Shown: in pieces, positions 48,113-60,337 of the stretch
Layout: the number at the start of each line of letters is the position of its first letter
Position numbering within the stretch: the stretch's first letter is position 1
Assembly: GCA_035509435.1 (NCBI GenBank)
Contig: DATJLR010000002.1
Location: 133,774 to 197,773, forward strand
Source of the DNA: Minisyncoccota bacterium
GTDB lineage: Bacteria; Patescibacteriota; Minisyncoccia; UBA6257; 2-01-FULL-56-20
Direction: 5' to 3'
DNA: 64,000 nucleotides
Notes under the pieces: model-generated
The model's input: only the letters and a program-made list of their open reading frames with translations
Told to the model about the DNA's origin: nothing
Database searches by the model: none
Program-made: the position numbers and the translations under genes

Positions 48113-49548
48113 GGAGGCTCTCGCTGATCTTCGGCACGGCCACCATGCTTGCCGTGGTTTTCGGCGCACATGCCGCGCGCGCGGCGACGCTTTCTTTCTC
48201 GCCGCAGGCGGGAACCTATTTTTCCGGAAGAAGCTTCAGTGTTTCGGTCATTGTTTCTTCGCCCGACCAGGCGATGAACGCCGTGCAGGCGGAGGTCTCT
48301 TTCCCTCCCGACGAACTCCAGGTGCTTTCCGTGTCTGAGGCGGGCTCGATCATCGATCTTTGGGTGCAGAACCCGACGTTTTCAAACGAAGATGGCACGA
48401 TAAATTTCGGAGGAGTGGCGGTAAATCCTGGCTATCAGGGATCCGGGGGGAAAATCGTGACGATCCAGTTCGAGGCAAAGAACCCCGGCACGGCAGCGCT
48501 TTCATTCCTTTCGGGATCTGTTCTTGCGAATGACGGAAAGGGGACCAATATTCTTGCGTCAATGGGCCGCGCGAGCTTCATCGTTGCGCCCCTTTCGACC
48601 GCTCCTGCATCGACGAATCCCGGGACTGCCGGAAGCACGGGGCCGGGCGTTGTCATCATCAATTCCGATCCTGCGCTTGCGAGCGGCCAATGGTATAACA
48701 TTAATAAGATCACATTCAGCTGGAGCGCCCCTACGAACGCCGAAGGCGTTGACTACGCGATATCCCCGAATCCGAACCTTCAACTTCCCGATGTGGGCCA
48801 AGGGTTGGTTTCTCAAGCGTCCTATGACCTTTCTAACTTTGCGGATGGCCCGTGGTATTTTTATGTGAGCTTCAATAACGGGAGCGCGTGGTCGCCCCCT
48901 TCCGTAAAGGAATTTCTTCTTGACCGCACCCCGCCCGATCCGTTCATTATTTCGCGCGAAGGCGCGGATCAGCCGGATTCCCGGCCGGTATTTCAATGGG
49001 TCGCGAGTGACGCTGCTTCGGGGATCGATCATTACGAGGTGAAGATCGGCGATGGCGACTGGTTCGATGCGTCCACCATACAAGCGGGAAGTTCCACATA
49101 TGTGCTTCCGCTGCAGTCGCCCGCTTCCGCGCGGACGCTCACGGTGCGCGCGTTCGACAAGGCGGGCAACCATACCGACGCGACGGTCGATTTTTCGGTG
49201 CCCGGTGTGCCCTGCAATGGTGGCGCGTTCTTCTGCCGGCTTCCGGTGTTCTTTTCTCAATGGGGATGGGTGATCGTCGGTATCCTTGTTATTCTGCTCA
49301 TTCTTGCCTACGGCTTTATTTACCATCTTCTTCGGTGGAAAAAGATCTCGGCGAAAGAGTTGAAAAAATTCGAAGACGAGCTCCGCCACGATCTCGGTGT
49401 CATCCATGAAGAAGCCGAAAAAGCGCGGTCCGGTGCCGTTGATCTGAGGCCATCCCATCTTGCACGCGAAAAGCGTGAGCTTGAGAAAGAGGTCGAGCAT
49501 ATTTCCGAGGATGTGAAGAAGGAAATCAGGGATCTGGGCGGGAAATAG
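48091..49548 (+). CDS. Cohesin-domain membrane protein (paralog)
   Basis: 'MNAVQAEVSF...SIIDLWVQNP...LANDGKGT'; Ig-like domains; TM. Confidence 0.75.
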   Translation: MEKTKAIRRLSLIFGTATMLAVVFGAHAARAATLSFSPQAGTYFSGRSFSVSVIVSSPDQAMNAVQAEVSFPPDELQVLSVSEAGSIIDLWVQNPTFSNEDGTINFGGVAVNPGYQGSGGKIVTIQFEAKNPGTAALSFLSGSVLANDGKGTNILASMGRASFIVAPLSTAPASTNPGTAGSTGPGVVIINSDPALASGQWYNINKITFSWSAPTNAEGVDYAISPNPNLQLPDVGQGLVSQASYDLSNFADGPWYFYVSFNNGSAWSPPSVKEFLLDRTPPDPFIISREGADQPDSRPVFQWVASDAASGIDHYEVKIGDGDWFDASTIQAGSSTYVLPLQSPASARTLTVRAFDKAGNHTDATVDFSVPGVPCNGGAFFCRLPVFFSQWGWVIVGILVILLILAYGFIYHLLRWKKISAKELKKFEDELRHDLGVIHEEAEKARSGAVDLRPSHLAREKRELEKEVEHISEDVKKEIRDLGGK

Positions 49549-49601
49549 TGTCATCGTTGGAAGCGTGACTCTGCCGCCTTTTTCTGCTATAATTGCCCAG
49601 T

Positions 49602-50348
49602 ATGCTGAACATTTCGCTCGCCGCTGAACCCATCTTTTATATCGGCTCATGGCCGGTGACGAACGCCGTGCTTCAGGCGTTCGTGGTGCTGGTGGCGCTC
49701 ACCATCATCGCCGTTCTCCTTAAAAAGAAGCTTGCGATGGTGCCCGGTATGTTGCAGAACATCGCCGAGATGGTCATTGAGGGCGCGCTCGGACTCATGG
49801 ACTCTGTGCTTGGGAGCCGGAAGGAATCGGAAAAATATCTGCCGCTCACCTTCACTATCTTTATCTTTATCCTGATCTCCAACTGGTCGGGACTGATCCC
49901 CGGGGTCGGATCGGTGACGCTCGGCCGCGGCGCGGACGCGATCCCGCTTTTGCGCTCGCCCGCGAGCGACCTCAACTTCACGCTTGCCCTCGCGCTCATC
50001 GCCGTCACCATGGTGAACGTCTTCGCGACATCCATCGTGGGATTGCGCGAGCGCGTGTCGGTATTCTTCAATTTCTCGAGCCCGATCAAGTTTTTCGTGG
50101 GCATACTTGAGCTTATCTCGGAATTTGCTAGAATTATCTCGTTCACGTTCCGTCTTTTCGGCAATGTGTTCGCGGGGGAGGTCCTGCTCGCCATCATGGC
50201 GCTCCTCGTGCCATACCTGGTGCCCCTGCCATTCATGTTCCTGGAAGTGTTCGTCGGATTCATTCAGGCGTTCATTTTCGGAATGCTCACACTCGTATTC
50301 GTGGCGCTCGCGATCACTCCTCACGAAGGCGAGGAGGCGGGCCATTGA
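49602..50348 (+). CDS. atpB: ATP synthase F0 subunit a
   Basis: 'SFTFRLFGNVFAGE', 'FIQAFIF'. Confidence 0.96.
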   Translation: MLNISLAAEPIFYIGSWPVTNAVLQAFVVLVALTIIAVLLKKKLAMVPGMLQNIAEMVIEGALGLMDSVLGSRKESEKYLPLTFTIFIFILISNWSGLIPGVGSVTLGRGADAIPLLRSPASDLNFTLALALIAVTMVNVFATSIVGLRERVSVFFNFSSPIKFFVGILELISEFARIISFTFRLFGNVFAGEVLLAIMALLVPYLVPLPFMFLEVFVGFIQAFIFGMLTLVFVALAITPHEGEEAGH

Positions 50349-50393
50349 CGCCGCGAAGGGAAAGGTCGTACCAAGAAGAACAGAGAAAAATAA

Positions 50394-50645
<252 letters not shown>

Positions 50646-50652
50646 CGTCACC

Positions 50653-51171
50653 ATGCAGCAACTCGTACAACAGCTCGGCGTCAATTGGGAGCTCCTGCTC
50701 AGTCAGGCGTTCAATTTTGCGCTGCTGCTTGTCGTGCTGCGCATTTTCGTCTACAAGCCGCTCTTGAAGCTGCTGCATGACCGGCGCGAGCGCATCGAGG
50801 GCGGCCTGGCGAAAGCCGAAGAGGCCGAGCGCCGGCTCCACGAGGTTGATGAGATCGGAAAGGGAAGGATCAAAGAGGCGGAGACGGAAGCGGTGCATAT
50901 TTTAAAACGCACCGAAGCCGAGGCGAAGTCGCTCGAAGAAAAGCTGCTTGCCCAGGCAAAACGCCACGAGGAAGAGGCGGTGGCAGCCACCGCCACGCGA
51001 TTGCGGTCGCAGGAAGAGGAATCGCGCCGGGCGCTCGATAAAGAGGCGGCGGCGCTTGTGCGTCTCGCCATGGTGAAGACGGTCGAGCTCTCGCCGGAAG
51101 CGGTCGACGATGCGTTGATCGCAAAAGCGGTCGCCGAAGCCAAGAAGTCGGTAAGCGCATCAACCGCATGA
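50653..51171 (+). CDS. atpF: ATP synthase F0 subunit b
   Basis: 'QAFNF...YKPLL..L..R..RI'. Confidence 0.92.
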   Translation: MQQLVQQLGVNWELLLSQAFNFALLLVVLRIFVYKPLLKLLHDRRERIEGGLAKAEEAERRLHEVDEIGKGRIKEAETEAVHILKRTEAEAKSLEEKLLAQAKRHEEEAVAATATRLRSQEEESRRALDKEAAALVRLAMVKTVELSPEAVDDALIAKAVAEAKKSVSASTA

Positions 51172-51560
51172 AATACCCTCCGCACATTTACGCGAAGGCG
51201 CTCGTAGAGGTCCTGTCCGCGCCTGCCGGGCCGCACAAGCGGTCCGACGACGAGGTGGCAAAGAATTTTCTCGCGCTCGTGCGGAAGAACGGCGACGAAC
51301 GGCACTTGCGGAAGATATTGGAAGAGGCGTCGCGGTTCGCGCGCGGCAAGAGCGGCGTGCGGAAGGTGACGATCGAGTCGGCGCGTCCGCTCGCGCCGGC
51401 ACAGCGAAGATCGGTTGCGCACTTCACCAAGCCGGGGGATGTCGTGGAGGAGCGGGTCGACCCCGACCTCATCGCGGGGATCCGCATCATCCTGAACGAC
51501 GAGATGCAGTTCGACGGATCGCTGAAAACCAAACTGAACCGGGCGTTGGGGAACGCGTAA
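51168..51560 (+). CDS. atpH: ATP synthase delta subunit (short)
   Basis: 'VDPDLIAGIRI...FDGSL'. Confidence 0.85.
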   Translation: MKYPPHIYAKALVEVLSAPAGPHKRSDDEVAKNFLALVRKNGDERHLRKILEEASRFARGKSGVRKVTIESARPLAPAQRRSVAHFTKPGDVVEERVDPDLIAGIRIILNDEMQFDGSLKTKLNRALGNA

Positions 51561-51575
51561 CGCGAAGAAACTATC

Positions 51576-53102
51576 ATGTCATACGAAATCATCGAAAAAC
51601 TGAAGCGGGATATCGAGGGATATAAAGAGAAGCCCGAATGGGCCGAAATGGGCCGCGTCATCGAGGTCGGCGACGGCATCGTCCGCATCCTTGGGTTGCG
51701 CAACGCCGTCAGCCAGGAGGTTTTAATAATTGAAACGGCGCACGGCGAACGTCCCGCGCTTGCGCTCAACCTTGAGGAGGAGTCCATCGGCGGCCTCGTG
51801 CTCGGCGATTTCCTCGCGATCGAAGTGGGCGACACCGTGCGCCGCACCGGCGATGTCCTGTCCATAGAAGTGGGGGATGAGCTGATCGGCCGCGTCGTGG
51901 ATCCATTGGGAGTCCCGCAAGATGGGCAAGGGCCGATCTTTAAAACGGGTTCCAAGCCCCAGCGCAATCCGCTCGAACAGCGCGCGCCGGGTATCCTTGA
52001 CCGCGAGTCGGTCAATACGCCGGTGCACACCGGCATCAAGGCCATCGACGCGCTGATCCCGATCGGCCGCGGCCAGCGCGAGCTCATCATCGGGGACCGC
52101 GCGACCGGGAAGACCGCCGTCGCGCTCGATACCATTTTGAACCAGAAGAACGATACCGGCCGCCGCACGCCGATCTGCATCTACGTTGCGATCGGACAGA
52201 AGGAATCCAAGGTGGTGCGCATCGCCGAGACGCTCAAAAAGTTCGACGCGTTCAAATACAGCATCATTGTTTCCGCGTCGGCGGGATCGCCGGCGGCCAT
52301 GTGGTACCTTGCGCCGTACGCCGGCGCCGCGATCGGCGAATATTTCCGCGACAAGGGCATGGACGCGCTCATCGTCTACGATGATCTTTCCAAGCATGCC
52401 TGGGCATACCGCCAGATCTCGCTCCTGCTCCGCCGCCCGCCGGGCCGCGAGGCATATCCCGGCGACGTCTTCTATCTCCACTCGCGCCTGTTGGAGCGCG
52501 CAGCGAAGCTTTCAAAAGAAAAGGGCGGCGGATCGCTTACCGCGCTCCCGATCGTCGAAACACAGCTCGGCGACGTGACGGCATACATCCCGACGAACAT
52601 CATCTCCATCACGGACGGCCAGATCTATCTTGAGACGGACCTTTTCAACCAGGGCCAGCGCCCGGCGTTGAACGTGGGCATCTCGGTGTCGCGCGTGGGT
52701 TCCGCAGCGCAGACGAAGGCCATGAAGAAAGTTGCGGGCAAGCTCAAGCTCGCGCACGCGCAGTTCCGCGAGCTCCAGGCATTCGCGCAGTTCGCAACCG
52801 ACGTCGACGAAGCGACGCGCAAGCGCATCCTGCAGGGACAGAAGATCAACGAGATCCTCAAGCAGGACGACCTCGACCCGATGCCGGTGGAAGAGCAGGT
52901 GTGCGTGTTCTACGCCGTGCTCAACAACTACTTTGAGTCCGTTCCGGTGGAGGACATCAAAAAGAAGCAGGACGAGCTCGTGGATTATCTTTCCACGCTC
53001 CACGAAGAGGATATCCTGAAACCGATCCGCGATACGGGATTGTTTGACGAAGCGGTGGAGAACAAATTAAAAGAGGCGCTCACGCACTTTCTTTCTAAGT
53101 AA
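51576..53102 (+). CDS. atpA: ATP synthase F1 alpha
   Basis: '[17 protein letters not shown]', '[12 protein letters not shown]'. Confidence 0.98.
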   Translation: MSYEIIEKLKRDIEGYKEKPEWAEMGRVIEVGDGIVRILGLRNAVSQEVLIIETAHGERPALALNLEEESIGGLVLGDFLAIEVGDTVRRTGDVLSIEVGDELIGRVVDPLGVPQDGQGPIFKTGSKPQRNPLEQRAPGILDRESVNTPVHTGIKAIDALIPIGRGQRELIIGDRATGKTAVALDTILNQKNDTGRRTPICIYVAIGQKESKVVRIAETLKKFDAFKYSIIVSASAGSPAAMWYLAPYAGAAIGEYFRDKGMDALIVYDDLSKHAWAYRQISLLLRRPPGREAYPGDVFYLHSRLLERAAKLSKEKGGGSLTALPIVETQLGDVTAYIPTNIISITDGQIYLETDLFNQGQRPALNVGISVSRVGSAAQTKAMKKVAGKLKLAHAQFRELQAFAQFATDVDEATRKRILQGQKINEILKQDDLDPMPVEEQVCVFYAVLNNYFESVPVEDIKKKQDELVDYLSTLHEEDILKPIRDTGLFDEAVENKLKEALTHFLSK

Positions 53103-53133
53103 CCGCTAACAAGTAACAAGGTCTACTATTATT

Positions 53134-54069
53134 ATGGAGTCCGGACAGAGCTTAAAGCGGCGCATGAAGAGCGTCCAGAATATCGGACAGATCACGAAGG
53201 CGATGGAGCTTGTCTCTGCCACCAAGATGCGGCGCTCGCAGGAGCTTGCGCTCCATTCGCGCCCGTACGCGTACACTGCGTTGCGGTTGCTTGGCATCCT
53301 GTCGTCGCTCAAGGACGTTCCGACGCCGGTGCTCTTTGAAAAGCGCGAGGTGCAACGCACCGCGTTTCTCTTAATGATGTCCGATCGCGGCCTTGCGGGT
53401 TCCTTCAACGGCGCCGTCGTCCGCGAGTTCGAGCGATACATGAAAGCGAACAAGATCGATATCCTGGATCCGCGCTACTCTTTTATTGCCATTGGGCAGA
53501 AGGCCAAAAGTTACTTTGAGCGACGCCGCGCGCGCGTCATCGCTTCGTTCACGCGCGTGAGCGATGCGAGCAGCATTCTCGACGCCGAGCCGATAGCGGA
53601 TTTTTTGATCGAGGGCTACGCGCGCCATGACTTTGACGGTGTCATCGCGTTCTTCACGACGTTCGTCACTGCGCTCCGCCAGGATCCGGTCGTCCGCGAG
53701 CTCCTTCCGGTGAGCTTCGAGGCGATCAGGCAGTCGGTGGAAGAGACGATCCCGCGCGCCGGCCGCTACGCGGACTACGCAAAGTCGGAAGCCTTCATGG
53801 ACGGGCGCGAGAAAGAATACATTATCGAGCCGTCGCCAAAAGAGGTGCTGGACGAGCTCGCGCCGAAACTTCTGAAGATCCGCCTGTATCACGCCATCCT
53901 CGAAGCCAATGCCTCCGAGCACTCGGCGCGTCGCGTGGCGATGAAGAACGCATCCGACAACGCGTCGGAACTTTCGGAAACGCTCACGATGGTCTATAAT
54001 AAGTCGCGTCAGGCCGCCATCACGGCGCAGATCATCGAGATCACGAGCGGGGCAGAGTCGCTGCAGTAG
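53134..54069 (+). CDS. atpG: ATP synthase F1 gamma
   Basis: 'ITKAMELVS', 'DRGLAGSFN', 'RQAAITAQI'. Confidence 0.97.
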   Translation: MESGQSLKRRMKSVQNIGQITKAMELVSATKMRRSQELALHSRPYAYTALRLLGILSSLKDVPTPVLFEKREVQRTAFLLMMSDRGLAGSFNGAVVREFERYMKANKIDILDPRYSFIAIGQKAKSYFERRRARVIASFTRVSDASSILDAEPIADFLIEGYARHDFDGVIAFFTTFVTALRQDPVVRELLPVSFEAIRQSVEETIPRAGRYADYAKSEAFMDGREKEYIIEPSPKEVLDELAPKLLKIRLYHAILEANASEHSARRVAMKNASDNASELSETLTMVYNKSRQAAITAQIIEITSGAESLQ

Positions 54070-54197
54070 CAAAATCATTTTGGATTATCTTTTCGGGGAC
54101 GGGTCGCGTTCTGCTGAACGCGCCCTAACGCTCGGCACCCCCGTGCCTCCGCGATTCCCCTCAAAGACAACCCAAAGTGATTTTGCTACTGCAGCGA
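54058..54197. repeat. MITE/REP-like cruciform element overlapping the atpG stop
   Basis: ~35-bp terminal inverted repeat (3 mismatches) enclosing two small hairpins. Confidence 0.75.
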
Positions 54198-54267
54198 TAT
54201 GCGTTGGAAGTGGTGTAAAACATTAAATTTTGATGAAAAATTATTTGCAATGCTATAATCAAGCTCT

Positions 54268-54585
54268 ATGATTGGGGTCATGGAAGATAAAAAAATATTT
54301 GAACAGTTAGCGTACAAGATCGCCAGGGAAGTGGCTGCGGAAAAAGATCGGCGCCACGGGGTTATTCTGGAGGATATCCAGGGAAAATTTGCCGCTTTGG
54401 TTGAGGGTCAGAATGCAATGGAGAAGAGAATGGACGGATTTGATGGGAGATTAGGAAAGATTGAAGTAAAAATGGAGAAAATGGATGATACCCTTGATGA
54501 GATCAGAGAGGATATACGGGATAAAGCCGATAAAAAAGATGTGGCCACGCTGGAGCGGCGGGTTACCAAGCTTGAACACCTCTAA
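54268..54585 (+). CDS. Coiled-coil hypothetical protein inside the atp operon
   Basis: Own TGCTATAAT promoter; ends 'LERRVTKLE'. Confidence 0.7.
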   Translation: MIGVMEDKKIFEQLAYKIAREVAAEKDRRHGVILEDIQGKFAALVEGQNAMEKRMDGFDGRLGKIEVKMEKMDDTLDEIREDIRDKADKKDVATLERRVTKLEHL

Positions 54586-56320
<1,735 letters not shown>

Positions 56321-56340
56321 GCCGCGCGCCGATCGTTATC

Positions 56341-56781
56341 ATGGAACCGTTCGTGAAGTTCAATTCAGAACATGGGCACTACACTGCCGACGCGTGCGTC
56401 GTGTGGTGCTTCGATGACCGTTTTTATAAATTGCTGAAGGCGTTCGGCAAGCAGGAAGGCTTTGGCCACATTGATCTCGTGAAGGTGGCGGGCGGCGCGA
56501 AGGCGCTCGCGTCCGAGGAGGCCGCATCGCCGGAGCGCGATTTTCTGCTCGCCCAGATCAAGACGTCCGCGCGCCTGCATGGCACGAAGCGGGTGGTCCT
56601 CATGCTCCATCGGGACTGCGGCGGATACGGCGGCTCAAAAAGTTTTGAAAGCGCCGATGCGGAGCGCGAGGAACTTATGAAACAATTGCATCAGGCGCAG
56701 GATTTCGTAAAGAAAGAGACCGGCCTTACCGCAGATGCCTGTTTTGCGGATTTTGACGGATTATATATGCACACACTATAG
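56341..56781 (+). CDS. Beta-carbonic anhydrase-like protein
   Basis: CxDxR, 'AGG', HxxC. Confidence 0.75.
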   Translation: MEPFVKFNSEHGHYTADACVVWCFDDRFYKLLKAFGKQEGFGHIDLVKVAGGAKALASEEAASPERDFLLAQIKTSARLHGTKRVVLMLHRDCGGYGGSKSFESADAEREELMKQLHQAQDFVKKETGLTADACFADFDGLYMHTL

Positions 56782-56865
56782 TGTTACCTCGCATATTCGA
56801 CAGATCTTGAGTTGTGGAGTATACTTTCCTCCAGCAACTTATTTCGATCAGCGGTAGGAGCATAG

Positions 56866-57300
56866 ATGAAAAGGATAGTGGAACATGAATTTCCGCGCAC
56901 TCATGACCCAGTGCAAACGCTTATCATCGGATGTTCGGATCGCCGCGTGAAGGGTTCACGGGGTATGGCCGGGGAGTATATGGGGGTCGATGAATCGATC
57001 CCGATCACGATCCCCGGCGGTCCGAAGGATCTGGTATTCCCGAGCCATCCGCGGGACAGGGAATCGCTTCTTGAAAAGATCTCCCTGGTGGGAGACAACC
57101 TGAGGCTCATCATCGCTAAAGCGCACAATGAATGTCTTGCGTGCGCCCGGTGCGACGATCCGGCATTTTATGAAGACCTCTTGGAGAAGGCCAGCGAGGT
57201 CCTTATCAGGCGGTTTCCGGGCGTGAAGGTGGCGCCGATCTTCGTGGACTTCGACGGGATCTATCTCGTTGAGAATAGCGTCCTTGTTGGCGTGTGCTGA
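56866..57300 (+). CDS. Beta-carbonic anhydrase-like paralog
   Basis: 'CSDRR', 'PGG', 'HNEC'. Confidence 0.65.
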   Translation: MKRIVEHEFPRTHDPVQTLIIGCSDRRVKGSRGMAGEYMGVDESIPITIPGGPKDLVFPSHPRDRESLLEKISLVGDNLRLIIAKAHNECLACARCDDPAFYEDLLEKASEVLIRRFPGVKVAPIFVDFDGIYLVENSVLVGVC

Positions 57301-57390
57301 CGGCAGCACGTTCTTCTTTGCAGGGCTGGGAAATTATCCCGGCCCTTTTATTTTTCAGCGCGGCATGTTTTGTAGTATAATGGAACGACC

Positions 57391-58104
57391 ATGCCACCTA
57401 AAAAGAATTTTCTCGGCAAGCGAATTGTGGTCTTTACGGCGCATCCGGACGACGAAGGCCTCGCCGCGGGGACGATGTACGCAAACCACCAGGCGGGCGG
57501 CGAGACGTTCCTGATCTGCGCCACGTACGGCGAGAAGGGAAAGTCCCATTTGGAAAAGCCCGTCTCTGACGCGGCGCTCAAGCGCATCCGCAAAGACGAG
57601 ATGCTCGCCGCCGCGAAGATATTAAAAATAGATGAAGTGCTGTTCCTTGGATTTCCCGACGCGGAGGTAAGGGAGAATTCCCGGAAGCTTTTTGAGATGG
57701 CGCTGCCTATCATCCGGAGGATCGCGCCGGACCAGATCCTGAGCTTCGGCCCTGATGGCGTAAGCGCGCACTGGGACCACATCACTGTCGGCAGCGTGGC
57801 GCTCCGCATCGCAAAGAAGCTCAAGGTTCCCATGGCGGCATTCACGCTTTCCGCAGAGCGGATCGCCGTGATACGCAAGGGTGCAATTCTTTCTCGGCGC
57901 AAGTTTGGCAAATACGCCGGGATCCCGAAGCACCGCAAGGGCGATATTCAGGTAAAAGTGGACCTTCCGATAAAGCGCCGCGCGATGCGGTTGCACGTTT
58001 CGCAATTCGGGGCCAAAGGGCAATTCTCGCTGTTGCCCAAAAACGGCGCCGAAACGGCCTTCAGGTACGAGCATTTTGTTGATGAAAAAATAAGAGTAAA
58101 ATAA
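57391..58104 (+). CDS. PIG-L/LmbE family deacetylase
   Basis: 'AHPDDE', 'ATYGE.G', 'H.DH', 'HVSQ'. Confidence 0.9.
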   Translation: MPPKKNFLGKRIVVFTAHPDDEGLAAGTMYANHQAGGETFLICATYGEKGKSHLEKPVSDAALKRIRKDEMLAAAKILKIDEVLFLGFPDAEVRENSRKLFEMALPIIRRIAPDQILSFGPDGVSAHWDHITVGSVALRIAKKLKVPMAAFTLSAERIAVIRKGAILSRRKFGKYAGIPKHRKGDIQVKVDLPIKRRAMRLHVSQFGAKGQFSLLPKNGAETAFRYEHFVDEKIRVK

Positions 58105-58376
58105 TGAAAATGAAAAAGATCCCGCCATTCACCCAGCGTGTCTATGACGTCGTCGCAAAGATCCCGCGCGGGAAGACGATGACGTACCGCGAGGTCGCGC
58201 GCCGCGCCGGGCGTCCCGACGCATACCGCGCAGTGGGGAACATCATGCATCGCAATCCGGACACTACGCGCGTGCCGTGCCATCGCGTGGTGCGTTCCGA
58301 TGGCACCCCCGGCGGGTACGCGAGCGGCACGCGCAAGAAGATCGCGATCCTGCGCCGCGAAGGCGCGCTCAAATAA
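58104..58376 (+). CDS. MGMT/Ogt family alkyltransferase (C-terminal domain)
   Basis: 'IPRGKTMTY...RAVG...PCHRVV'. Confidence 0.9.
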   Translation: MKMKKIPPFTQRVYDVVAKIPRGKTMTYREVARRAGRPDAYRAVGNIMHRNPDTTRVPCHRVVRSDGTPGGYASGTRKKIAILRREGALK

Positions 58377-58427
58377 GGGCGCCGACGGTGGGCGGTCTCG
58401 CGCCGCTGATTTTGTTATAATAGAGGC

Positions 58428-58883
58428 ATGAACGCTTTGACCGCTCTAAAAATATTGGCTGTTGTTTTTGCCGTGATCATCGTCGTCCTGCTTGCGGTGC
58501 TCATCTTTTATCCCGGCCCGGCGAAGGCGCCGACGGTGCCGGCGGGCGTCATTTCCTCCGATGGGCATATGGCAGTGACGTCGCTCAAGCCGGACGGACT
58601 CGTTGCTTCGCCGCTCACGGTAACCGGTGCAGTGACCGGCGGCGGTTGGTTTTATGAGGCGACATTCCCCGTGAAGGTGTTGGATAGCGACGGGACAGAG
58701 CTCGGCGTCGCGGCGGCCCAGGCCCAGGCCGACTGGACGTCCACCGGGACGGTGCCGTTCACGGCGATCGTGCAGTTCTCCGCGCCGCAGGGCGCCACCG
58801 GCACGGTAGTGCTTTCCAAAGACAATCCGTCCGGCGATCCCGCGAATGACGAGTCGCTCAGCATTCCGGTGCGGTTCAAATAA
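58428..58883 (+). CDS. Gmad2-type Ig-like membrane protein
   Basis: 'SPLTVTG...W.YEATFPV...KDNPSG'. Confidence 0.8.
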   Translation: MNALTALKILAVVFAVIIVVLLAVLIFYPGPAKAPTVPAGVISSDGHMAVTSLKPDGLVASPLTVTGAVTGGGWFYEATFPVKVLDSDGTELGVAAAQAQADWTSTGTVPFTAIVQFSAPQGATGTVVLSKDNPSGDPANDESLSIPVRFK

Positions 58884-58894
58884 CAAGCAAATTC

Positions 58895-59428
58895 ATGTCA
58901 CGCGAAAATCCTTCAGCGGCCGCGGCCGCGGCGGCGGAAAGCGAAGAAAAAAAGACCTTTGAAGAGGACCATTTTTTTGATAGTACGCTGGAGAGCGTCA
59001 ACAAAGCGGAAGATATCGTGGAAAAGCAGCTTGCCGCGTTCGGATGGCCGGAGGATATTGCTTATCGCTTTTGCCTTTCCGTGCGGGAGGCGATGGCCAA
59101 TGCGGTCATTCACGGGAATTTGGGATTGACGATGGGGAAAGACGAGGACGGTTATTCAGCGCGTATTGCAGAAGCGCAACGGTCGGAGGAAAATAAAGCA
59201 AAGAGGGTCAAAGTATATTATCACCTTACCAAAGATGAGGCGACGGTCCACATAAAAGACGAGGGGAATTTTATCCCGACAATAAAAAGGGATCCGACAA
59301 CCGGCGAGGCATTGCTCAAAGGCAGCGGTCGCGGCCTTTTTTTGATAGATAAAGGCATCGACAACCTCCAGTTCTTTCCGGGCGAGATCATTCTGCATAA
59401 GCAGAACAGGGACGAGGATGCGATATAA
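58895..59428 (+). CDS. RsbW-like HATPase (anti-sigma/kinase-like)
   Basis: 'EAMANAVIHGN', 'DEG', 'GRGLFLI'. Confidence 0.82.
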   Translation: MSRENPSAAAAAAAESEEKKTFEEDHFFDSTLESVNKAEDIVEKQLAAFGWPEDIAYRFCLSVREAMANAVIHGNLGLTMGKDEDGYSARIAEAQRSEENKAKRVKVYYHLTKDEATVHIKDEGNFIPTIKRDPTTGEALLKGSGRGLFLIDKGIDNLQFFPGEIILHKQNRDEDAI

Positions 59429-59442
59429 AAAGTGAACTCCGC

Positions 59443-59706
59443 CTAGCGATCGCGAGGCGGAGGAAAAGGGAGAACAAGGTTTTTGGCGGCGACGGTGCGC
59501 TGTTTTGCGAGCGATCTTTTTTTTGCGTTCGCCCGATAACGGAGCTTTTGGCGGATGATCCTGAATACATCATTCCGGTCATTCGCCCTCTTAAAGCCGC
59601 TGAGATCGAGCGCACGCCCGATCGCGAAGCCGCGTTCATTTCCTTCATCGAGAAATTCTGCGGCTTTGTCGGTGATCTGTTCGATCAATTTATTGGGATA
59701 GCCCAC
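59443..59706 (-). CDS. Small basic hypothetical protein
   Basis: AAGGAG before GTG. Confidence 0.5.
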   Translation of the reverse strand: MGYPNKLIEQITDKAAEFLDEGNERGFAIGRALDLSGFKRANDRNDVFRIIRQKLRYRANAKKRSLAKQRTVAAKNLVLPFPPPRDR

Positions 59707-59760
59707 GGATCTCTCCTTCCGTGATCGGTTGTTCGTGCTGATTTCTTTTTAGCACATATT

Positions 59761-60321
59761 TTATTTTATGTCAAACATTACATTATATTCCTTTGCCGCC
59801 CAGACTTTTCCCGCATACTCCACGCCGATGCGCTTTCCCGTGATGATCTTCGTGCGGGGTACCCGAATGCCGCGATCCTCGAACCACAGTCCGTTTTTTC
59901 GCGCAGCGGCCAGCCGGTTTTGGCCGCCGGTGACACCGAGGAATTTTGCGAGGCGTGCAGGGCCGGTCACGTGAACGAGCGCGCCGGTCTTCGGGTTGCG
60001 GTACGCGCCTGCTCGCAGAAGGATCGCCGCCGGATAGCCCTCCGGGCCGGTTACCACGTTCACCATCCAGTGCATGCCGTATGTAAAATAGACATAAAAC
60101 ACGCCGGCGGGGCCGAACATCACGGTGGTCCGGGGGGTGCGGCCGCGAAACGCGTGTGAGGCACGGTCCAGAGGTCCGTCGTAGGCTTCGACCTCCGTGA
60201 TCATGAGGGCGACCGGCTTCCTGCCGTCGCGCCGGCGCACGATATATTTGCCAAGCAGATCCCGAGCTACCAGAAGCGCCGAACGTTCAAAAAAAGAGTT
60301 GGAAAGCGGTTTTCCTGTCAT
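59761..60321 (-). CDS. 3-methyladenine DNA glycosylase (MPG/AAG family)
   Basis: 'VARDLLGK', 'EVEAY', 'YVYFTYGMH', 'GPARL', 'RIGV'. Confidence 0.93.
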   Translation of the reverse strand: MTGKPLSNSFFERSALLVARDLLGKYIVRRRDGRKPVALMITEVEAYDGPLDRASHAFRGRTPRTTVMFGPAGVFYVYFTYGMHWMVNVVTGPEGYPAAILLRAGAYRNPKTGALVHVTGPARLAKFLGVTGGQNRLAAARKNGLWFEDRGIRVPRTKIITGKRIGVEYAGKVWAAKEYNVMFDIK

Positions 60322-60337
60322 TTGATACAATTATAGT

